DNA of 64,000 nucleotides from NCBI RefSeq assembly GCF_009914755.1, contig NC_060930.1; one strand, 5' to 3'. Positions within the stretch are counted from its first letter, which is position 1. The number at the start of each line of letters is the position of its first letter. Under the pieces are notes generated by a model that saw only the letters and a program-made list of their open reading frames with translations, had not been told where the DNA came from and searched no databases. Of this stretch, positions 55,465 through 64,000 are shown piece by piece. The DNA is from the human T2T-CHM13v2.0 reference genome, Homo sapiens. A program made the translations under genes and the position numbers.

Positions 55465-55864
55465 TGTGTTAGTCCATTGTTGTGTTGCTGTAAAGGAATA
55501 GTGGAGGCTGGGTAATTTATAAAGAAAAGAGTTAGTTGCCAAATGGTTCTGCAGGCTGTACAAGCATGTCTCCAGCATTTGCTTCTGGTGAGGGATTCAG
55601 GAAGCTTATAATCATTGTGAAGGGAACGGGAGCCAGCATGTCACATGATGAGAGCGTGAGCAAGGGGATGTGGGGTACCACGCTCTTTTAAACAACTAGA
55701 TCTCGTGTGAACTCAGAGTGAGAACTCACTCATTATTGCAATAATGGCCATTAATGAGGGATCTGCCCCCATGAGCCAAACATTCCCCACGAAGCCCTAT
55801 CTCCAACACTGGGGATTACATTTCAACATGAGATCTGGAGGGGACAAACATTAAAATTATATCA
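55465..55864 (-). mobile_element. MSTA-like MaLR solo LTR in L1 ORF2
   Basis: tgtgttagtccattgttgtgttgctgtaaaggaata ... ggaggggacaaacattaaaattatatca; TSD GTATC at 55460-55464 and 55865-55869. Confidence 0.92.
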
Positions 55865-57391
55865 GTATCTTCAATAAAAGGTGTTGGGAAAAATTGAATT
55901 TTTTTCACATGCCAAAGATATTCAGATGCAATAGAATAAAATTGTATTCTTATCTAACAGCATAAACATAAATTAACTCAAAATAGATTAAAGACTTAAC
56001 TATAAGACATGAAACTATAAAATTCCCAGAGGAAAACATAGTGGAAAGCTTTATAATGTTGGTGCAGGTCACGATTTTATGAATATGACACAAAAAGCAC
56101 AGGAAACAAAAGCAAAAACAGACAAGTGAGACTGTGTCAAACTAAAATACTTCAACACAGCAAAGTAAAAAATCAACAGAGTAAAAAGGCAACCTGTAGA
56201 ATAGAAAACAATATTTGCAAACCATATGTCTAATAAACAAACAGCAATATCCAAATATATGAGGAACTTGTAAAACTCAATAGAAAAAAAGAAATTATCC
56301 AATTATAAATGGGCAAAGGACATGAAAAGATACATCTCCAAAAAAAAAAAAAGACATACAAATGACCCACATCTTCATGAAAAGATGCTAAATCTTTTTA
56401 AACAGGAAAAAACAGATCAAAACCACAATGAAATATCAAGTCATCCCTCTTATAGATGGCCGACATCAAAACAAAACAAAACAGAAAATAATCAGTAAGG
56501 ATGTGATAATAATAATCCTCAGTAATCCTCAATAATCAGAGAGGATGTGAATACATTGAAACCCATATCCCCTCTTGGTGTTACTGTAAAATCGTGCTGG
56601 GGCTATAAGAAATAGTGTGAAGATATCTCAAAAATTAAAAATAGAACTACTATATGATCTAGAAATTCTACTCCTACATACTTATCTAAAGTAACTGAAA
56701 GCAGGATCTTGGAGAGATACTTGCACTTTCATGCTCACTGCACCTTTATTCACAAAAACCAAGACATGAAAACATAAATGTCCACTGACAGATGAATATT
56801 TAAAAAGTTGCATATATGTGTATGTGTATGTGTGTGCATGTGTGTATGTAAGTGTATGTATAAAATAGAATATTATTCAGCTTTAAAAAAGAAGGAAGTC
56901 CTGTCATCTGTAACAACATAAATGACACTTGAGGACATCATGCTAAGTGGAAAAAGCCAATCACCAGGACAGATACTGCATGATTCCACTTTTATGAGTC
57001 ACCAAAAAATAGTCAAACTCATAGAAGCAGAAAGTAGAATGTTGGTTGCCAGAGTCCGAAGAAATGGGGAAATGAGGAGTTATTGTCTAATAAGTATAGA
57101 GTTTCAGTCATACAAGATGAAAATGTTTTAGAAACCTTTTCTACAATAAAGTATATATAGTTAACAACACTGTACTGTATAACTAAAAAACTGTTAATAA
57201 GATATATTTCATGTTGTGTGAGATTTTTTCACCACAATAAAAAGTATTCCTTGTTATGACAAATTAAAAACAAGAAAATCACTACAGTATAGTAAAGGAA
57301 ACTGCATCCTGAAATATTTATGAATTATTTGAGATCATGTTGTAATCTGTTATTAATCTCAAGTCGTACAATAGCAATTTGTTTCTTCTAC

Positions 57392-57564
57392 CAATTTCTC
57401 ACAAAGTGTGGTCTGCAATAGCCTTCAGTCAGAATAAAAACTCTGGTATCTAAGAACATCTCCAGACCTACTGAATCAGAATTATGGTGGATGGTACACA
57501 GGAATCTGTATTTTAAGTATTCTTTCCAGGTGAAAATTATGTACATAAAACTTGTGACGTTGCT
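57392..57564. mobile_element. MER5-like hAT element
   Basis: ccagacctactgaatcagaa...caggaatctgtattttaa. Confidence 0.7.
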
Positions 57565-57607
57565 TTATATGAAAGCTTATATTCATATATATTATGCGCT
57601 CCTAAAT

Positions 57608-57610
<3 letters not shown>

Positions 57611-57644
<34 letters not shown>
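57611..57644. repeat. (CA)n microsatellite
   Basis: About 17 CA units. Confidence 0.95.
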
Positions 57645-57646
<2 letters not shown>

Positions 57647-58239
57647 GCAAATGTTCTCAATCAATATAAGTTACATTGAAGTTAAATTCATTGTTTGACT
57701 TTGACTCTAAGATGTGGGTCACGTATCTTCACTAAACTCTTCTAATCTTACTGATCACACTTGATAATCCATACTAATTTCAGATCTAGAAAATTAAGTA
57801 AAACTATTCAAAGTTCCTTAACAATATGAACTAGATTTGAAAGTTCCAACCACTTTCAACATTACATAAGATCCTGATAATCATACTATTTGTTTTCAAC
57901 CTCAGAAATAGCAAAAAAATTTAATTTTGAAAAGCAAAGAATTGATGGTTTTGAACTTTATTAAAAGCATCATCAGCATTTTATTCATTCTATAGTAAAG
58001 AAAATAATATAAGAACTTGAAAGTCTATTAATGACAGTAAAGTAAACTAGTTTATTTTGTTTTCTAAGATTCAAGAAAAATGGATCACTTCTATGGCTAA
58101 ACTAATATCTTGAAATTCCTTTATTATAGACCTAAAAATGTAAATATGGTTTAAAGACTGCAATTTGTTTAGGTTAGCCCTGTGATTGACTCTGATTTAT
58201 ATGCTGAGTTCAATTTCAGCTTTCTATTATAAATGACCT

Positions 58240-58935
58240 AATAACAAATATTCTCACAATTCTCTTCCGACAGAGGAGATGTGGGGATTCCTCACCATCA
58301 GCAAAGAAGTGATCAATTCTGCAGAAACACCAGCTGGGCTAACTCAATTCAATTCAATTCAATTCTCACACTCTACCTCGATGTAGCAACTGAGCTACAT
58401 CTAACTCTATTCAATTCTCACACTCTACCTTGATGTAGCAACTGAGCCACAGGTTGAAGGTTCAGTTTCACGAGATTGCCTCCCATTGGCCACCGGGGAT
58501 CATTTTAACCTTCAGCCCCAACTCATCCCTAGAGCCTTGGTCTATCTGGCAACCAAATGTCATCATCTATGGGGGCCAACAGCTGTCAGCCAACTTATTA
58601 GCATATTAGAAGACTTTGGAGATTCTAAGGATTCAATTCAATTCTCTAACTCAATTCAGTTCTCACACTCTACCTCGTAGCAAATGAGCCACAGGTTGAA
58701 GGCTCAGTTTCATGAGATTGCCTCCCATTGGCCACCAGTGATCATTTTAACCTTCAGCCCCAACTCATCCCTAGAGCCTTGGTCTATCTGGCAACCAACT
58801 GTCATCATCTGTGGGGGCTAACAGCTATCAGCCAACTCATTAGCATATGAAAAGACTTTGGAGATTCTAAGGATTTTAGGAGTTGTATTCCAGGAAATGG
58901 GGTCAAAGACCAAATATATATTTCATAATACCACA
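58240..58935 (+). mobile_element. MER21-like LTR, internally deleted and tandemly duplicated
   Basis: caccagctggg...aattcaattct...cacaggttgaagg; end ggattttaggagttgtattccaggaaatggggtcaaagaccaaatatatatttcataataccaca; strand uncertain. Confidence 0.75.
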
Positions 58936-59123
58936 CTTTGAAGAAAAATTTAAGTGAAATTAAATCAATATCAATATTTCAGTGGAAAGCTTCAGTGAGG
59001 AAGATAATTTAACAAAGGAATTAACTTTTTGCTTTACGTTAATGATCTTCACGATATAGCAGAGCTGAATTACAATGGTAGGCTACAAGCCTTTATTTAA
59101 ATTTTCCCCTTAGACATGAACAA

Positions 59124-59952
59124 TGTGTTTTATGCTAGCAGAAGACATGAGACTCCTGGGCCAGAGACAAAAGACCTTATTACTTATGGCTTAACAGGCA
59201 GCATAAATATCATTCTCCTGTCCTCTGACCAAGACAATTTTAATGTTCCCCTCAGCTTGAGTAAATGCTAAACAGATTTCTTCTTGATTTTAGGCCCCTG
59301 ACTTCCTTCGCCCTTTGAGATGTAAAGAATCTTTGAGCCTCTTGCTAGTTTTATAGCTCACGTATATTTGTCTTAAGAACTTGAGAGCCATCCTTCTAAA
59401 AATCTAATCATTAAGAAATATAGTGCCTCTACCTGTCAAGCTCTGTGAGAGAGTAGGACTCTGACTTTGGTAAGTGCCAATCAGCAAACACAGCCTAATC
59501 ACGTTGACCCCTACCTAACAAATAGTCTTCAATACTTTTCCACTAGGCTACTCCAGCAATTAAAAACTCTCCTGCCTTTTGTTTCAGTGGTGTTGAGTTC
59601 AATCTCTCCCCTACTGCAATAGTCTTAACCACAATTGCAATATTGTTGAATAAAGTTTGCCTCCCTGTTTAGCTGTCAGGTGCAATTTTTCTTTGAAATT
59701 CTGAAGTCTCTTGGGAGCAATGAAGAGTGGTCCAGGTAGAAGCTGCAGTAATAGTTTGTTTATGTCACTGCTGAGAAATACAAGCATAGGAAACTCCAGT
59801 TTCATCAGAGGGTTGCTAGCAAGTCTGTCCAATCTTAGCTACGGAGTGGGAAGAAAACATGGTATTTATTATCCTGATTAGGAGACAAATCTTGTCTCTG
59901 ACCCAAAAGGAAACCTTATCTGTATCTTCCAAGGCTTTTAGCTATCCTAACA
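59124..59952 (-). mobile_element. LTR40-like ERVL LTR hosting a MER67-like LTR
   Basis: gcagaagacatgagactcctgggccagagacaaaagac ... tatctgtatcttccaaggct. Confidence 0.55.
59226..59698 (+). mobile_element. MER67-like ERV1 LTR
   Basis: aatgttcccctcagcttgagtaaa...taggcccctgac...gttgagttcaatctctcccc...tgaataaagtttgcct. Confidence 0.75.
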
Positions 59953-60806
59953 TATGTCATAAATAATTTTATATATAAGAGTTAATACTTACATAATAAA
60001 TGTTTGTTCATTTGGTATATTATAATTTGAAAATATTAAAATATATTTATTTCTTGAAATACAAATATTTTTATTATTCAATCACATATTAGTTTATTTA
60101 ATACAGTGTTCAACAAACATTTTTATAGATTGCCTAATATATATCACATGCTATGATCAAGAGCTATAAGACACAGTAAATTCATGCTCTCCGGGAGCTC
60201 CAATATAGCAGCTAAATAATTTTCTAGTTGTGTACCACATTCAAAGAAGTCAGAGCCAGAGCACAGAGACAAATACAGAGTTTCAAGAGGTGATGCTAAA
60301 TTTATCAGACAAGGAGAAGGAAAGGCCATGTATATAGTAAAAAGAAAGAAAAGAAGGTAAAATGGCTTTAATATGGAGTATCTGAGGGAACAGTAAATAC
60401 CATATGAGAGTGGCTAGAATTACCTGGAAATATAAACGCGGTCATGGCAGAAAGGAAAGTTTAGGCCACTATCAATAAGTTGGGCTTTATTTGTAAATGA
60501 TGTGGTGTCATTTAAGCATTTTATGCAGAACAGTACTATGTTCAGATATGGATCAAAGAGAGGCAATGCTCTACACTGAGACTGTTATTAGAAACTGTCA
60601 TAGTCTTGAATTAACTACAGGGAATATAAATTCCCAAACCTTCTTTACCCATGGTGTATTCATTTCAAAAATATATTTGATGTGTTTTTATCACTCACGA
60701 TAAAAATTGCCAAATTGTTTCTCAAAAATATTTTACAGCAGTATTATATCTTCATTAGAATTTAGTTTTAATGTCAGCACATCTGATGAAAAATAGTCTA
60801 AAGTCA

Positions 60807-61076
60807 AAATTATCCTTGTCAGTTTCTGATAAAGGTGCCATTTTGAAGATCCACAATCTGTCTTTCAAAGTACTAGGTTACTCCAGCAATGAAAAACTAT
60901 CCTGCCTTTTGTTTCAGTGGTGTTGAGTTCAATCTTTCCCCTATTGCAATAGTCTTAACTACTATTGCAATAATGTTGAATAAAGTTTGCTTGCCTGTTT
61001 AACTGTCAGGTGCAAATTATCCTTGTCAGTTTCTGATAAAGGTGCCATTTTGAAGATCCACAATCTGTCTTTCAAA
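60807..61076 (+). repeat. 144-bp LTR copy flanked by a 63-bp perfect direct repeat
   Basis: 60807-60869 = 61014-61076; 60872-61015 matches 59542-59685. Confidence 0.95.
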
Positions 61077-62221
61077 ATAACAACACTACTTTTTTCTCCA
61101 TGGTAAAACAGTTTACAATTCCTCCATGGAAATATCAGATGAAGTAGTGGCTTGTATTTAGGGTCCATGTTTTATTAAGATAAGTACTCTGTTTTTAAAA
61201 ACTAGCAGCACATTCAGTGCTTACTGAAGCTCACAGTATCAGGGACATGAGTTGGAACTGACAAGGATTGAGAGAGCAGCAGATTCATATTTTCTTCCAC
61301 AACCCACTGGGTCTAGGACATATACTCAGCAGAATGGCAGGCAACATTTCCAACAGTATCTGAATGTATCCACTCCCTCTCTCAACCATGTATAATTAAA
61401 GCCAAGTAATTTAAATAGAACCAGTGCAAATGGACTATACTGTGTTTTTATTTCATTTTCTTTGCAATAATGCTAATTTTGGACCAAAGTTTTAGGCAAA
61501 GGGTATCATCACTGTTAAAAGGGGAAAAAGCTGGTTTTCCTTTTGGTTTCTGTTTATTCTTTAGTGGATTGTAGATTAATATTCATTGCCTTAGAATTTA
61601 TTAAAGTCATGATACTTGCCAATCAATTTTTGTATAAGCAATTTGTTTGGTGGAGATGTAACATGATAACAATAAGGACTGATTTATTGTCTTCAAATTC
61701 TGATAAAACCAGGATTGAAAACAACAGGAGACAAACATTCTGCTATGTTACAGAAGGGTGCGAGACACAGTCATGCAGGATTTAGTTAAAAATAGCAAAT
61801 CCTCTTATCTCCCCAAGCTCTACAAGAAAATAATAACATTTTAATGGATTATTTGAAGGGAATTAATAGGCTATAAAGAAAGCTGTGGCACTTCCTCTGT
61901 CAGATGGTGGGAGGGGGTCCTTTTCCTAAAGCCAAACGTGGGAGCACGTTCAAAAGAATGTAGAGAGGACACCCGCCAGCACCTTCTTTCTCAAACAATG
62001 TTTGCTGAGCTGCAGAAATGTATAGACGCTATATGGTACAGAAATGAAGTGTTGTGTGAGAGTTTTTGATACACGTTTGTGTGTGTTCTAGAGAATTTGG
62101 TAATATACATGAACCTAGGGGCTGTTTTCCACTGGAGAAGTTTAAAAGCAGCAGCAGTCTGTTTTGAGATACTTCCCATGGTAAGGTGAGGAGAGAAGGG
62201 TCAGCAGTTAAACATGTGTCC

Positions 62222-62518
62222 TTTTTTTTCCAACTTTTATTTTAGGTTTAAGGGGTACATGGTTAGGTTTATTACATGGGTACATCGTGTGTCACGGGGT
62301 TTTGGTGTTCAGATTATTTCATCACCCAAGTAATAAGCATAGATATGATAAGTAGTTTTTCGTTGTTGTTGTTTTCTCTTCTTTTGTTTTTCTTTTGTCT
62401 TCAACCTCCTCCCACCTCCCATCCTCCACCCTCAAGTGGGCCCCGGTGTCTGTTGTTCCCCTCTTTGTGTCCATAGGTACTCAATGTTTAACTCCAACTT
62501 ATGAATGAAAACAGGCAG
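62222..62518 (-). mobile_element. L1PA15/16-like 3' end fragment
   Basis: caacttttattttaggtttaaggggtacat...ccctcaagtgggccccggtgtctgttgttcccctctttgtgtccat. Confidence 0.88.
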
Positions 62519-63465
62519 CCTAAAGATGTATAGGGCTTCTATGGCCTGAGGAGATGATGCGGATAATGGGCTGGCTCCTGTTATTTTTATGTAGTCCAAC
62601 CTATAATAGGGTTAGAGTGAGGGTAATAAGATATGGAAGGAATGTTTTCACATGGGTCACTCTATAAGGGCATAGCCTATACTAGACAGGTGAGTAGGGA
62701 CAAAGTCCCTGTAGCACTTCCAAAAAACAGCAAGCCTGATATATGAAGAAGAACCTCAATTTGAATGATGGACACATAGAGACGTCAATGGCCATATTTC
62801 AGCAGCATTTTTTCTCTAATTCCTTTGCTCACTTCCTCTATTGTTTCTTAAACCTAGAATCAAGAATCAAGTCTGTGCTGGGAAGAAAGAAGCTACGACT
62901 ACGACATCAAATTGAAGTTTTGTTTATATAAACTAGACATTTTAATGTCTGAATGTGTCAGAATTACCATAATAAAATTTTTCTTTTAATTGAAATTGAT
63001 TGGAAAGCCAATAGACAGACTTAAGGTTCAGCAAAAAGAATTTACTAGAGTATAATTGAAGGCAAGGTCTGGAGAAAAGTAAAGTATTTTCCTATTTATA
63101 TCACATAGAGTTCAACCTTCATTCCCTGTTCAATATACCAGCTGCAAGAGTATTAATCATTTGACATATTTGCCTTAATATTCTCTTTTTGTTGTTTTAA
63201 CCTCTTTTTATTTCCATTACAGCGAAATGTGTGTTTCCATGCATATGTGAGAGAAGACAGTTAATATGTCCAAATTTCATATTTTCCTTTGTAATCTATA
63301 TCTTTTATGTACTGAATGAGTCATTCACATTCTAGAAGGTACAACAATGTTGCAATATATTCTCATTAAAATTCTAATGCCTTCAATCCTCAAATTAATA
63401 TTCTAAACATTAAATTCATATAAAATATATTTGATCACTGTTCTAAGGTAAGTACAGAAGACCAT

Positions 63466-63859
63466 ATGGTGTGCTTCCCAGATCTCCGTTCAAGACTGAA
63501 AAACTTATTCCCCCATCTACTGGAAGTGCATTGCGAGATTATTTCGAGCTCTTCCTCAACTTCAGGAATTGTTCTACCTGAAGAATGTTGCCTTGATTAA
63601 GATCATGTTCTTCCCAGTGTCACCCTACATCTAATGATAGCCAGATGCAGGTATAAAACAAACAAACAGACTGAAAACCTAATCCTTTCTTTTCTACTTA
63701 AGATAACCTGAAGGGACATCTCTAGAGGTCTTTATTTAGACTGTATCAGAGCCCATTTTCTCTGGCGTTCTTCCCGGCTCTTCCCCAGAAGACAATGCTA
63801 AGAGCCCTTAATTGATACTGATGTCTACCTCTGCATCTTGAAAAATCTAATATGGGACA
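63466..63859 (+). mobile_element. LTR16-like ERVL LTR
   Basis: ccagatctccgttcaagactgaaaaacttattccccc...cttcaggaattg motifs. Confidence 0.65.
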
Positions 63860-64000
63860 GAAAAGACTGAAATCAGTCCTCCTCCAAGGTCAGAAGCCAT
63901 TTATTACAATGCCATTTTTTAGTAATTATTATTTTCTTTCTGGTGCTCCAATGGCTCCTTGATCATACAGTAAGGAGGCCTATGTAGTGGAGTCGACGCG

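Larger units (their letters stand above)
49090..57243 (+). mobile_element. Old full-length L1 (L1MA10/L1MB-type) with nested insertions
   Basis: 5' UTR, ORF1 remnant (LEEIMAENFPNWGKE), ORF2 remnant ([30 protein letters not shown]) and L1MB-like 3' UTR ending accacaataaaaa. Confidence 0.9.

Overview
Primate (hominoid-like, probably human) non-coding genomic DNA, AT-rich and dominated by interspersed repeats. I find no intact protein-coding gene, rRNA, tRNA or CRISPR array. The listed ORFs are decayed L1/Tigger1/ERV fragments or chance ORFs in GC-rich LTRs. Main elements: a solo LTR12C (ERV9), a MER52 LTR, a near-full-length L1PB lacking most of its endonuclease domain, a full-length Tigger1, an old full-length L1M carrying nested HERV-H, Alu and MSTA insertions, plus many Alu, MIR, L2, MLT and MER pieces. 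Family names come from my recall of consensus sequences, not from a search. I cannot support a new biological system here. The most unusual signals are (i) several locally templated insertions or duplications between 33 and 61 kb, (ii) a one-ended HERV-H fragment, and (iii) a 23-bp perfect hairpin at 16.9 kb.
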